Shown: positions 1-9,695 of the stretch, one piece after another | Layout of the letters: the number at the start of each line of letters is the position of its first letter | How positions within the stretch are numbered: position 1 is the stretch's first letter | Assembly (NCBI GenBank): GCA_964517955.1 | Contig: CAZFFA010000001.1 | Span: 1-36,994, forward strand | Direction of reading: 5' to 3' | DNA: 36,994 nt | From: an uncultured Jutongia sp. | GTDB taxonomy: Bacteria; Bacillota; Clostridia; Lachnospirales; Lachnospiraceae | Program-made: the position numbers and the translations under genes | The notes under the pieces: model-generated | Told to the model about the DNA's origin: nothing | Database searches by the model: none | The model's input: only the letters and a program-made list of their open reading frames with translations

Positions 1-92
1 CCACCATATTGAGACATTATAAACATAGCTGCTTTTGGATCACATTTACTTATATGAACAGGATACTGTAGTCTTTTTTCATAATTCCACAT
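1..92 (-). CDS. cotJC: Spore coat manganese-catalase family protein CotJC (5' part; runs off window edge)
   Basis: Reverse strand from ATG at 92 reads MWNYEKRLQYPVHISKCDPKAAMFIMSQYGG, the typical CotJC N-terminus. It follows cotJA-cotJB and has an AGGAG RBS upstream. Confidence 0.9.
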   Translation of the reverse strand, partial: MWNYEKRLQYPVHISKCDPKAAMFIMSQYG

Positions 93-115
93 TTATATTG
101 ATCTCCTTTCCTAAA

Positions 116-370
116 TTATTTGTAAACCTGCCAAGGCCATGGATCTTTAACCCAGTCCCAATAGCAGGACTCATCTACCTGATCATTAAGAAGTGGTCCG
201 TATTTGGCAGAATATTCTTTCAAAGCATCTTTGCGGGCTTTTTTAAGCTTTTGATAATAATCAAGTGCATCCTGATCGCATGGATGAGTGTCAAGGAAAA
301 GGACAATATCATCAATGCAGAAGCTGACTTGTGTTATATATACCAGTAAGTTGTGTTTGTCTTTGTTCAT
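116..370 (-). CDS. cotJB: Spore coat protein CotJB
   Basis: Motifs LFLDTHP, YGPL and WDWVKDPWPWQ; lies between cotJA and cotJC. Confidence 0.93.
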   Translation of the reverse strand: MNKDKHNLLVYITQVSFCIDDIVLFLDTHPCDQDALDYYQKLKKARKDALKEYSAKYGPLLNDQVDESCYWDWVKDPWPWQVYK

Positions 371-723
371 AGTGTACCTCCTTTAGATCTGCCACAATTT
401 CTTGGAATACAACCGCAAAATGGGAGGTTGAGCTCCGGAAACATTGTTCCGGCATTAAGTGCGTCACATATATCATATATTTTATCCCATTGCTGCCATG
501 GGACATATCCCATACCTATCGGCATGCCGCACAGAGGATCATTATGCATACTTGAATCAGCATCACAGCCATAGTTTCTTCTGTGGCAGTTATCTCTTGC
601 GCATCCGCCGTTTTGGTTCATTCCGGGAGATGGCATATTGCCGCATCTGCAGTTATTACCGCGATTTCTGTCATACTGGCCATTGCCGCAGCAGGAAGTA
701 TGACGGTTATTCATATTATTCAT
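367..723 (-). CDS. cotJA: Spore coat associated protein CotJA with Cys/Gly/Asn-rich N-terminal extension
   Basis: C-terminal motif MPIGMGYVPWQQW...ALNAGTMFPELNLPF; 4-nt overlap with cotJB. Confidence 0.88.
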   Translation of the reverse strand: MNNMNNRHTSCCGNGQYDRNRGNNCRCGNMPSPGMNQNGGCARDNCHRRNYGCDADSSMHNDPLCGMPIGMGYVPWQQWDKIYDICDALNAGTMFPELNLPFCGCIPRNCGRSKGGTL

Positions 724-931
724 AGAAGAAGCATCCTTTCGTTAGAAATATATAGGAATAAATCGTTGCTGTCTGCACTATAGATGTAAACAATAACAAT
801 AAATTCGTATAGTACATAGTATTCAGGTATGTACAAATGGTGAATATATATAAAGCAGCCGGCATACATTGTCATATCACTATGTATTGAAGTATCAGAA
901 TATAATTGCTGCGTACTGACAAGGTGGAGAA

Positions 932-2788
932 ATGAGGGGAAATATGAAAAGAGCAAAAAGAAAGAAATACGGTTTCAGAGATGATGACAGGACTTCAAAG
1001 AAAAGTATAAAAAAGGTATTTGGCATTATAGTGCTTTTGATAGCAGTTGCAGGCGGAGTGCTGTGGCAGCAGGGAATTGTATCATTTCCAACAGAAAATA
1101 ATTCTGTTAATACAGATGACAAAAGGACAAAAAAAGAGGTTCAGGAGGATTTTAAAAAGTTTTGTGAGCAGGTTTTTATTGATGAGATTACAGACAATAC
1201 AATTACCTTCAACTATACACTGCGGAATAAAAAGGCATATGGCATAGATGATATGGAGCCTACACTTGGAGATGCCGGTATGGATGATATGAAGGAAAGC
1301 ATACTGGTATCTGAAAACAGACTGGCATCTTTGGAAACATTTGATTACAGTAAACTTACCGATGAGCAGAAGCTTATATACGACATAATGAAAACCATGC
1401 TTAAGCAGAATCTGGAGGCATCAGATTTTTTAGAGTATTCAGAGTGTCTTGGACCGACATCCGGTATACAGGCGCAGTTGCCGGTGCTTCTTGCAGAATA
1501 TAATTTTTATGAAAAGAAAGATATAGATATTTATCTTGAGTTACTGAAACTTGTACCGGATTACTTTAAGAGTATATGTGATTTTCAGAAGCAAAAGTCA
1601 AAAGACGGAATTTTTATGAGTGATACAACGGCACAGGCAATAATTGCCCAATGCAGTGATTTTGTGGCAGACAGGAAAAACAATTATCTTATAACTGTCT
1701 TTAATAAAAAACTAGAAAGTTTTGAAGATGTTACAGAGGAAGAAAAAGAGGTTTATAAGGATATAAACAAAGAAGCTGTAACGGAATATGTGATACCTGC
1801 ATATGAAGAGCTGATATCTGTACTTACATCACTTAAGGGTACAGGTGTCAATGAAAATGGATTGTGCGGTTTTAAAAAGGGAAAGAAGTATTATGAATAT
1901 CTTGTAAAGGTAAAGACCGGTTCAAGCCGTTCAATAAGTGAAATCAATAAAATGCTTGATGACAATATTAAGAGCTGTATAAAATATATGTCAAGAAAGA
2001 TAACAGAGAATCCCGACGCATATTATGAATCACAAAATGTTAAGTATCCATATACTGATCCTGTAAAATCAATAGAACATTTGCGAAAAGAGGTAAAGAA
2101 AGATTTTCCGGAACTATCGGACGATATTGTGTACACTGTGAAAGATGTAGATAAATCTTTGCAGGATAGTTTAAGTCCGGCATTTTATCTTACACCGGCT
2201 ATAGATAATTATGAAAATAATGTTATATATATCAACAAGAGCGAAAAATACGATCTTTCAAGGCTGTTTACTACAATTGCCCATGAAAGCTATCCGGGGC
2301 ATCTTTTTCAAAACTGTTATTTTGAATCAACTGAGCCTGCACCGGTAAGAAGCATTATAAATGTAGGAGGATATACAGAGGGCTGGGGGACATATGCGGA
2401 ATTATATGGTTATCATCTGGCTGGAATTGACAAAAAAACAGCAGATATTCTGGAAAAAAACACTATTACAACGCTTTGTCTGTACGCAAAGGCAGATATT
2501 GGCGTAAATTATCTTGGATGGGATTATTCAAAACTCGAAAATTATTTGAAAAACTATGGATTTAGTGTATCACAGAGCCGCGTCATATTTGATTCAATGG
2601 TTGCAGAGCCGGCTGGGTATATGCCATATACGCTCGGCTATCTTGAGATAGATAATCTGAAAAAAGAGGCAATGGAACGGCTTGGTGATGACTTCATTTT
2701 GAAAGATTTTCATGAGTTTATCCTGTCAATCGGACCGGCACCATTTGATGTTATTGAAGACAGATTAAGGAAGTGGATAGGCAGGTAG
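932..2788 (+). CDS. DUF885 family membrane-anchored putative metallopeptidase
   Basis: N-terminal TM segment; motifs HESYPGHLFQ, YTEGWGTYAE and LKDFHEFILSIGPAPF typical of DUF885. Confidence 0.85.
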   Translation: MRGNMKRAKRKKYGFRDDDRTSKKSIKKVFGIIVLLIAVAGGVLWQQGIVSFPTENNSVNTDDKRTKKEVQEDFKKFCEQVFIDEITDNTITFNYTLRNKKAYGIDDMEPTLGDAGMDDMKESILVSENRLASLETFDYSKLTDEQKLIYDIMKTMLKQNLEASDFLEYSECLGPTSGIQAQLPVLLAEYNFYEKKDIDIYLELLKLVPDYFKSICDFQKQKSKDGIFMSDTTAQAIIAQCSDFVADRKNNYLITVFNKKLESFEDVTEEEKEVYKDINKEAVTEYVIPAYEELISVLTSLKGTGVNENGLCGFKKGKKYYEYLVKVKTGSSRSISEINKMLDDNIKSCIKYMSRKITENPDAYYESQNVKYPYTDPVKSIEHLRKEVKKDFPELSDDIVYTVKDVDKSLQDSLSPAFYLTPAIDNYENNVIYINKSEKYDLSRLFTTIAHESYPGHLFQNCYFESTEPAPVRSIINVGGYTEGWGTYAELYGYHLAGIDKKTADILEKNTITTLCLYAKADIGVNYLGWDYSKLENYLKNYGFSVSQSRVIFDSMVAEPAGYMPYTLGYLEIDNLKKEAMERLGDDFILKDFHEFILSIGPAPFDVIEDRLRKWIGR

Positions 2789-2968
2789 CAGTTCAGCCTA
2801 TCATTTCTTCAATTCATAAACCTGCCAGCTATGCTGTCAGTCGCTGCTGCGCAGCTTTTGTTTATTTCATTTCAGAAATGAAAGGCTATTCCACCATAAA
2901 AATATAATAAGCAATACAATGAGTACACTCAAATATTGCCTATTATATTTTTATGGCTGAACTGTTAC
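2785..2968. repeat. MITE/REP-like palindromic element
   Basis: Terminal inverted repeats GTAGCAGTTCAGCC (2785-2798) and GGCTGAACTGTTAC (2955-2968) match 13/14. Internal hairpins at 2865-2883 and 2894-2956. Confidence 0.6.
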
Positions 2969-2996
2969 ATAAAAGTAAAAAAATGAATAAAAGATG

Positions 2997-3026
2997 TTGA
3001 CTTTAGATATTTGTCAACCGTATAAT
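2997..3026 (+). promoter_or_regulatory. sigmaA-type promoter of the O-acylation operon
   Basis: TTGACT-N18-TATAAT, overlapped by a GTTGAC...GTCAAC inverted repeat. Confidence 0.6.
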
Positions 3027-3085
3027 TAAGTTTGCGACATGAACATTTGAAGTTCTATTTGAACAGGTGATTAGGAGTTATTTTA

Positions 3086-3658
3086 ATGAACATAGATGAT
3101 AAAAAGGCAAAAGACCGTTTCCTGATTGTTTTCCTGATGGGAATATTTGTTGTGATTGTTTGTATATGGTCTCTTGGAAGCCTGATAAATAATATACATG
3201 ATAACAATGGCGTTGCTGTGTCGGCAAATAATACCGGTGTTTCAGCAGGCAGCGATGATAATAAGAACCAAAAGAAAGTTGTAGACAGTTCAGCCATTGC
3301 GAAAGATATTTTAGAGAATGTTAAGTTTGAGACAGAACTTAAAAAGATAGATAAATCCGTTGCAGATGGAATGATAAGTGTTAACTCAGATTCTGAGCTT
3401 AATCTGTATATGGGAAGTGGCAGTTTTTCCGACGAACTCATAGTTGTAAAATCATCTGATGCTAAAAATGCAGAAGCTGATCAGGAAGCCGTAGAATCAC
3501 ATCTTAAAGAGATGCGTAGTTCTTTTGAAGCCTATATACCGGAGCAGGCAAAAAAGATATCAGATGCAGTTATAGTCAGAAGCGGATGTTATGTGGTAGC
3601 CTGTGTTACAAGTGATAAGGACAATGCAAAAGATATCGTATTGTCAGAATTTAAATAA
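3086..3658 (+). CDS. DUF4358 domain membrane-anchored protein
   Basis: N-terminal TM; C-terminal SFEAYIPEQAKKISDAVIVRSGCYV pattern; usual partner of DHHW/MBOAT genes. Confidence 0.7.
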   Translation: MNIDDKKAKDRFLIVFLMGIFVVIVCIWSLGSLINNIHDNNGVAVSANNTGVSAGSDDNKNQKKVVDSSAIAKDILENVKFETELKKIDKSVADGMISVNSDSELNLYMGSGSFSDELIVVKSSDAKNAEADQEAVESHLKEMRSSFEAYIPEQAKKISDAVIVRSGCYVVACVTSDKDNAKDIVLSEFK

Positions 3659-3672
3659 GTGGGAGCAGTCAG

Positions 3673-4866
3673 ATGATTAAGAGATTTACAAAAGGAATTA
3701 TTGCCTGTGGAATGATAGCTGTTATTTGCACCGGATGTGCTGCAAAAAGTAATCAAAGTGTTTCAGACAATAATACCGGTGATATTGTTGTGTCAGATTC
3801 ATTAAAAGAAGATGGGGACACTGAAAATTCCAATAAAACTGATAAAAACAAGGACAAAGATGATATAAGTGTATCAAAACTTCCTGAAGAAACACCGGAG
3901 GCTGATCTTAGTACGGACAAGCCGGAAGTGAAGGAAGAGTATAAAACAATAAAGTCCAATAAAAAAGTTGTTAAATACGATACAGGTGTTGTTGTTATAG
4001 GTGATACAGCCTATGAACAGTACAATTATGTTGAAGATTCTTCAAAGAAATATATAAAGGCTGTAAATAATATTGCAAAAAAATTGGGCAAAGATGTAAA
4101 TGTATACGATATGATAGTACCTACAAGCATCGGAATTACATTGCCTGACAATAAATATGACAAAGTCGGTTCGTCCGATCAGAAAAAATCAATACAGAAA
4201 ATGTATGATATGTTGTCTGATAATGTTAAACCTGTAGACATATATGATGAGCTTATGCAGCATCGCACAGAGTATATTTATTATAGAACAGACCATCATT
4301 GGACATCACTCGGAGCTTATTATGCATATGATGCATTTTGCAAGGTTAAGGAAATGATGCCAAATAAGCTTGAAGATTACAAAAAGGCTTCATTTGGCAG
4401 GTTCAAAGGGTCATTTTATGGGGAAACTAACAATGCCAAAAGTCTTCGTGACGACAAGACAGAGGTTCTATATCCTATAGACAATGACAGGATATCAATC
4501 AAATATACAACTGAAAGTGGAGAGACGCTTAAGGGAAAAGTTATAGAGGATGCATCATCATTTTCAGAAAATCTTAAATACGTCGCTTATATTGATGGGG
4601 ACAACCCATATACGGTTATCAGGAACAAAAATATTAAAGATGGTTCATCATGTGTTGTGATCAAGGAATCATTTGGCAATGCTTTTGTACCTTTTCTTGC
4701 CGACCATTACAGCAAAATATATGTAATTGATTATCGTTACTGGCAGGGAAGCATAAGTAAGCTTGTCAAGGATAATTCAGCCACAGATGTAATGTTTATC
4801 AACAACATATCTATGACACGTAATGCATATCTTATCGGAAAGCTGTCTCAGCTTGTGGAGGGATAG
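3673..4866 (+). CDS. DHHW family (AlgJ/AlgX-like) O-acetyltransferase component, probable lipoprotein
   Basis: Motifs YYRTDHHWT and KESFGN; lipobox-like CTGC after a hydrophobic signal. Confidence 0.88.
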   Translation: MIKRFTKGIIACGMIAVICTGCAAKSNQSVSDNNTGDIVVSDSLKEDGDTENSNKTDKNKDKDDISVSKLPEETPEADLSTDKPEVKEEYKTIKSNKKVVKYDTGVVVIGDTAYEQYNYVEDSSKKYIKAVNNIAKKLGKDVNVYDMIVPTSIGITLPDNKYDKVGSSDQKKSIQKMYDMLSDNVKPVDIYDELMQHRTEYIYYRTDHHWTSLGAYYAYDAFCKVKEMMPNKLEDYKKASFGRFKGSFYGETNNAKSLRDDKTEVLYPIDNDRISIKYTTESGETLKGKVIEDASSFSENLKYVAYIDGDNPYTVIRNKNIKDGSSCVVIKESFGNAFVPFLADHYSKIYVIDYRYWQGSISKLVKDNSATDVMFINNISMTRNAYLIGKLSQLVEG

Positions 4867-4868
4867 CA

Positions 4869-6314
4869 ATGGTATTTAGCAGTATATTGTTCTTGTGTCT
4901 TTTTATGCCGGTTGTTTTCGGGCTATATTATCTGTGTCCTGCAAAATGCAGGAATATTATTCTTCTTATATCAAGTCTTATATTTTATGCGTGGGGTGAG
5001 CCGAGGTATATTCTTATCATGGTCTTTTCAACAGTATTTGATTATACAAATGGCAGACTTATAGAGTATTATAAGGCGAAAAACAGTATAAAGATGCAGA
5101 AAGCTGTTCTTATAGTCTCTGTAGCTGGCAATCTTGGCATACTTTGTTTCTTCAAATACACAGATTTTCTTATTAAATCAATAAATGGATTGTTCGATAC
5201 ACAGTTTGGTATTCTTGGAATAGCACTTCCTATCGGAATATCGTTTTATACATTTCAGACCATGTCATACACAATAGATGTGTATAAAGGACGTGTAGAG
5301 GCTCAACATAATATACTGGATTTTGGTATGTATGTCTGTATGTTTCCTCAGCTCATTGCCGGTCCTATTGTGCGTTATGAGCATGTATCAAAAGAGATAC
5401 ATAATAGAAAATTATCGTCTAAAGACATAGCTTCCGGTATTCAGCTTTTTATAATAGGTCTTGGCAAGAAGGTTATACTGGCGAATCAGATAGGTGCCTT
5501 GTGGGACAGTATTTCTGCAATGAATATATCTAAGCTGTCCGTAGCCGGTGCATGGCTTGGTGCCGTCGCATATACATTTCAGATATATTTTGACTTTTCA
5601 GGATATTCAGATATGGCAATAGGTATGGGAAAGATGCTTGGATTTAACTTCCCAAAGAATTTTGACTATCCTTATATTTCAAAAAGTATAACAGAATTTT
5701 GGAGAAGATGGCATATAACTCTTGGACAATGGTTCAGGGAATATGTATATATACCACTTGGAGGCAATAGACGGGGGCTTGAAAGACAGATATTCAATCT
5801 GTTAATTGTATGGGCACTTACAGGCTTATGGCATGGTGCCGGCTGGAACTTTGTGATATGGGGACTGTATTTCTTTGTCATATTGATGATAGAGAAACTC
5901 TTTCTGCTTGAAAAGTTCGAGAAGCTTCCCAATGTATTCAGCCACGTATATGCACTTGTTCTGATTGTTGTCGGCTGGGTTATATTTGCATGTGATGATT
6001 TTGGTAAACTTGGAAATTACCTGAAAGCACTTATTGGAGTAGGTGTTCCTATCATAAATGATGTGGCGGTATATGACCTGTATACACATATACCACTTCT
6101 TATCATACTTATTGCAGCATCTACAATGTTACCGGTTAAAGTATGTAAATTTATCAAAGAAAAACTTATGTGTAAATATAATGTTTTAGCTGGCGGCAGA
6201 GGTGAGCAGTTGTTTTTCTGGTGTAAGGGTATTTACTGCATCATTATTCTTCTGATAAGTACCGCATTGCTTGTAAGTGGTACATACAATCCGTTTTTGT
6301 ATTTCAGGTTTTAG
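4869..6314 (+). CDS. MBOAT family O-acyltransferase (AlgI/PatA/DltB-like)
   Basis: Motifs LPIGISFYTFQ, FPQLIAGPIVRY, DFSGYSDMAIG, FWRRWHITL and GLWHGAGWNF; ends NPFLYFRF. Confidence 0.95.
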   Translation: MVFSSILFLCLFMPVVFGLYYLCPAKCRNIILLISSLIFYAWGEPRYILIMVFSTVFDYTNGRLIEYYKAKNSIKMQKAVLIVSVAGNLGILCFFKYTDFLIKSINGLFDTQFGILGIALPIGISFYTFQTMSYTIDVYKGRVEAQHNILDFGMYVCMFPQLIAGPIVRYEHVSKEIHNRKLSSKDIASGIQLFIIGLGKKVILANQIGALWDSISAMNISKLSVAGAWLGAVAYTFQIYFDFSGYSDMAIGMGKMLGFNFPKNFDYPYISKSITEFWRRWHITLGQWFREYVYIPLGGNRRGLERQIFNLLIVWALTGLWHGAGWNFVIWGLYFFVILMIEKLFLLEKFEKLPNVFSHVYALVLIVVGWVIFACDDFGKLGNYLKALIGVGVPIINDVAVYDLYTHIPLLIILIAASTMLPVKVCKFIKEKLMCKYNVLAGGRGEQLFFWCKGIYCIIILLISTALLVSGTYNPFLYFRF

Positions 6315-6325
6315 GAGGCATTATT

Positions 6326-7450
6326 GTGAATAAGTCTTATAAGATTTATAGTGTGCTTATTTTGGCATTGTTGGCGGTTGTTGGTGGATTTACCCTGTTT
6401 TCAGGAGAAAAAGAGTATTCATCCAATGAAAACAGAATTCTTGAAAAGTTTCCTAAGTTTAGTATGAAAGCTGTCATGTCTGGTGATTATCAGGATGATC
6501 TTGTAAATGCGCTGAATGACCAGTTTGCCGGACGTGATATAATGATGGGAATGTCAACAGATATTAAAAAGACGCTCGGCTATAAGGATATAGGTGGAGT
6601 ATATATATCAAAAGACGGTTATTATATAACTAAAATCACATCTGATGATATATCGCAGGAGCGATACATGCAGAATCTCAGGTATGTGCAGTATCTTGCA
6701 TCAAAATGCAGTGGTAAATCTGCTGTGCTTCTTGTTCCTTCGACAGGTACGATTCTTAGTGATAAACTGCCGGCTCATGCGGATTATTATGATGCGGATG
6801 GTATGTATAAAGCCGCCAGGGCAATACTCGGTTCATCAGACGTTATTGATATAAGAAAGCTGCTTGGCAAATACAGCAGAAAAGAGCAGATATACTATAA
6901 GACAGATCATCACTGGACTATGCAGGGTGCATATCAGGGATATGTGGAATTTTGCAGGTCTGTAGGAATAGAGGTACAGGATTTTAAGAGTTTCAATCCA
7001 CAGCTTGTGAGCAAAGATTTTTATGGTACTCTTTATTCCAAAGTAATAGACAAATCAGCGGAATCTGACAAAATGTATGCGGTAAACAATAAATTTACAA
7101 GCAGTGTCAGTGTAGATAAGGATGGAAAAGAGTCGTATGGGATATACGATACTTTGAAGTTAAAGGAAAAGGACAAGTATGCTTATTTCTTCGGTGGAAA
7201 TTATGGCAGAGTTGATATAAAAACGGGAAGTAAAGGCGGTTCTAAATTGCTTGTGATAAAAGATTCATTTGCCAATAGTTTCGTACCATTCCTTTTAGAA
7301 AGCTATTCAGAGATCACAATGATAGATCCTAGATATTACAATGGTTCTGTATTAGAACTTGCTGAATCGGGAGAATATGACCAGTCGCTTGTATTGTATG
7401 AGATGAGCAATTTCGCAGGAGATACCAATTTATATAAGCTGATACAGTAA
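6326..7450 (+). CDS. DHHW family O-acetyltransferase component
   Basis: Motifs ENRILEKFP, YYKTDHHWT, KDSFANSF and IDPRYY; GTG start after AGGAGG. Confidence 0.88.
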   Translation: MNKSYKIYSVLILALLAVVGGFTLFSGEKEYSSNENRILEKFPKFSMKAVMSGDYQDDLVNALNDQFAGRDIMMGMSTDIKKTLGYKDIGGVYISKDGYYITKITSDDISQERYMQNLRYVQYLASKCSGKSAVLLVPSTGTILSDKLPAHADYYDADGMYKAARAILGSSDVIDIRKLLGKYSRKEQIYYKTDHHWTMQGAYQGYVEFCRSVGIEVQDFKSFNPQLVSKDFYGTLYSKVIDKSAESDKMYAVNNKFTSSVSVDKDGKESYGIYDTLKLKEKDKYAYFFGGNYGRVDIKTGSKGGSKLLVIKDSFANSFVPFLLESYSEITMIDPRYYNGSVLELAESGEYDQSLVLYEMSNFAGDTNLYKLIQ

Positions 7451-7480
7451 AAAAGGCAATGCGCTGGCATTGCCTTTTTT
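7451..7480. terminator. Bidirectional intrinsic terminator / palindromic repeat between convergent genes
   Basis: AAAAGGCAATGC-GCTG-GCATTGCCTTTT, a perfect 12-bp stem with A and T tracts on either side. Confidence 0.75.
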
Positions 7481-7600
7481 GGAATATAAATAATGCTGTT
7501 ATGTGGTGTTATACCTGCAATGCATTGCATTGCCTTTTTTGGAATATAAATAATGCCGTTATGTGGTGTTATACCTGCAATGCGCTGGCATTGCCCTTTT
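7456..7600. repeat. Tandem repeat, about 2.4 copies of a 60-61-bp unit, each starting with the GCAATGC..GCATTGC palindrome
   Basis: Units start at 7456, 7517 and 7577. The sequences between the palindromes differ at one position only. Confidence 0.9.
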
Positions 7601-9321
7601 TATTTAAAGTTATAATAGTTTTTTCCGAAACTTTCAGTAGTTTTGCCACGACGCTTACCTGAACGGTTTTTTGAAGATTTATCGTTGGATTTTTTAGGTG
7701 TTTTATTTTCGTAGTGTTTGCTATGGTTGCGTCGTTTGTTTTTACGTCCTGACAGTTCTCTGCGTCGTTCACGCTGTATCTTTGCGTGCTGGCGGCGGCC
7801 ACGTTTACTGCGGTAGCCTCCTGTGCCTATTTTGTCATCATCAGATTTCATTCTTACAATCAATACAATTAAGATTATTATGATGATAAGTACAATAGAC
7901 AGCACAATTATATATGATTTTACAAAGTCGGCTATTTTGGTAAATATATTGGAAACTCCGTTCAAAAATCTTGAAAGAATCTTGTGCTTGCTGGCATTTT
8001 TTTCATTGTTCTGTTCTATTTCCTTGATCTCACTATTTACGATATCGCGTGATGCCTCATCGAGATGAGTTGTCTCGGTGTTATTATATATTATATTGGT
8101 AGAACCAACAGTTTTTCCATCGAATTTATATGTCACCTGACCGATTACATTCTCCCCATCTTTTAGTTTGACATCATTGTTGTAGTTTATAGTCTGAGAC
8201 ACATCTTTTACTTTCACCCCTTTTGGAAGGACAACAGCTGATTCATTGGCAAGATGAATTGGTGCTTTAGATGAATTAAAAAAGCTGTCGTAATTATTGA
8301 AAAGGTTTGAGTTTATATCGCTATTTTCTTCATTCAATGGATACTTCTTATAATTGGCAAATCCAAAGTTAAGAAGGGAAGTTGTGTCTGTGTATTCGTT
8401 TGGTTCACCGCTTTTAGGACTGCCGGCTTTCATTATTACACATACAAGCTGCATACCGTCTTTTTCTGCAAATGTAACAAGCGTACTTCTTGAGATATGT
8501 GTATAACCTGTCTTGCCGCCCGTACAGTATTTGTACTCGTACTGTGGAAACTGATAACCATTGATCATCTGATGATGATTGTTCCAGTAACGTGTTACTT
8601 TGTGTTTATTGGTTTTGGCACATATATAAGATTTTGTATTGAAAATCTTGCGGAAAGTAGAATTTTGTGCGGCTGTTCTTGCGATTACTGCCATATCATA
8701 TGCAGATGTATAATGCTTTGGATCAGGCAGACCGTTTGGATTGTTGAAATGTGTGTCTTTAAGACCAAGCTCTTTGACTCTTGCATTCATCATATCAACA
8801 AAATTACTTATGGAGCCGGCGACGTGTTCAGCGGCACCGAGACAAACTTCATTGGCTGATTCAAGGGCAATTGCGTAAAGACACTGCTCCATAGAAAGTT
8901 TTTCGCCAACTTCGCTGTATATTGTAGAACTTCCTCTTTCTATGCCATAAACTGCTTCTTTTGAGAAAGTTACTGTATCGCTTAAAGAACTGTTTTCTAT
9001 TGAAAGAAGTGCAGTAAGAATTTTTGTGATACTTGCAGGATAATGCTTTTTGTGTATATTTCTCTTGTAAAGTATTGAGCCGGTGGAAACTTCCATAACA
9101 ATTGCAGAATCGCATGATAGTTTTTTGGCGGAAGGTCCTTTCGGCCAACTGAATTTACTGCCTTTTTTGGCTGTGCTTTTTGCTTCGGAAATTATACCGA
9201 AGCTATGGGGTGCTGCTTGTGCATATGTTCCGGCAGCAGATGTTACGATTATTATTCCGGCTATAAAAGTTGTAAATAAACGCTTTAACTTTTTTCTTGT
9301 ACGTGTGATCATTTTTTTCAA
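7600..9321 (-). CDS. D-alanyl-D-alanine carboxypeptidase (peptidase S11, DacA-like) with C-terminal TM and basic tail
   Basis: SxxK (PASITK), SxN (ESAN) and KTG (GGKTGYT) motifs, plus HFNNPNGL. Confidence 0.92.
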   Translation of the reverse strand: MKKMITRTRKKLKRLFTTFIAGIIIVTSAAGTYAQAAPHSFGIISEAKSTAKKGSKFSWPKGPSAKKLSCDSAIVMEVSTGSILYKRNIHKKHYPASITKILTALLSIENSSLSDTVTFSKEAVYGIERGSSTIYSEVGEKLSMEQCLYAIALESANEVCLGAAEHVAGSISNFVDMMNARVKELGLKDTHFNNPNGLPDPKHYTSAYDMAVIARTAAQNSTFRKIFNTKSYICAKTNKHKVTRYWNNHHQMINGYQFPQYEYKYCTGGKTGYTHISRSTLVTFAEKDGMQLVCVIMKAGSPKSGEPNEYTDTTSLLNFGFANYKKYPLNEENSDINSNLFNNYDSFFNSSKAPIHLANESAVVLPKGVKVKDVSQTINYNNDVKLKDGENVIGQVTYKFDGKTVGSTNIIYNNTETTHLDEASRDIVNSEIKEIEQNNEKNASKHKILSRFLNGVSNIFTKIADFVKSYIIVLSIVLIIIIILIVLIVRMKSDDDKIGTGGYRSKRGRRQHAKIQRERRRELSGRKNKRRNHSKHYENKTPKKSNDKSSKNRSGKRRGKTTESFGKNYYNFK

Positions 9322-9366
9322 TATTCTCCATTCTAGATGAAATTACCTGTTTTATATTTATATAAC

Positions 9367-9430
9367 AAAAAAACTTCGCATATAAATTTTCTGCACCGCT
9401 TTTGCGAAAGCGCGCATTTACAGCGAAGCT
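9367..9430 (-). terminator. Probable terminator downstream of the tRNA
   Basis: Minus strand reads GCTTCGC...GCGAAG followed by T7, with an inner CGCTTT/AAAGCG hairpin. Confidence 0.5.
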
Positions 9431-9442
9431 CTTTGAAAATAG

Positions 9443-9514
9443 CACTCCCAGTAGGAATCGAACCTACAACTGCCCCTTAGGAGGGGGCTGTTATATCCAT
9501 TTAACTATGAGAGC
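9443..9514 (-). tRNA. tRNA-Arg (anticodon CCT)
   Basis: Minus strand GCTCTCATAGTTAAATGGATATAACAGCCCCCTCCTAAGGGGCAGTTGTAGGTTCGATTCCTACTGGGAGTG folds as a cloverleaf with anticodon loop CT-CCT-AA and a TTCGA T-loop. CCA is not encoded. Confidence 0.95.
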
Positions 9515-9525
9515 GTACAATAGTG

Positions 9526-9554
9526 ATTGTATCATAGTGGCATAGGAGCGTCAA
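9526..9554 (-). promoter_or_regulatory. sigmaA-type promoter of tRNA-Arg
   Basis: Minus strand TTGACG-N17-TACAAT with an extended TG, 11 nt upstream of the tRNA. Confidence 0.75.
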
Positions 9555-9695
9555 GCTTTGCGTGCGTTTTTGAATAAATTTCGCTGTCTGCTTTTATGAC
9601 CCAACTGTCACATGTTTAGAAATGTTTAATAAAGAATGAGTTGACTAATTTATACGAAGTGAGTTAATCTTATTAAGGTAAGTTTTACTTTAGAA

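Noticed and set aside
7456-7600. Possible mini-CRISPR array (palindromic repeats with regular spacing)
   Set aside because: The two spacers are nearly identical and no cas genes are present, so it is a tandem repeat.
9443-9514. tRNA-Arg as integration site of a genomic island
   Set aside because: I saw no duplicated tRNA 3' end and no integrase, and the flanking genes look like core genes.
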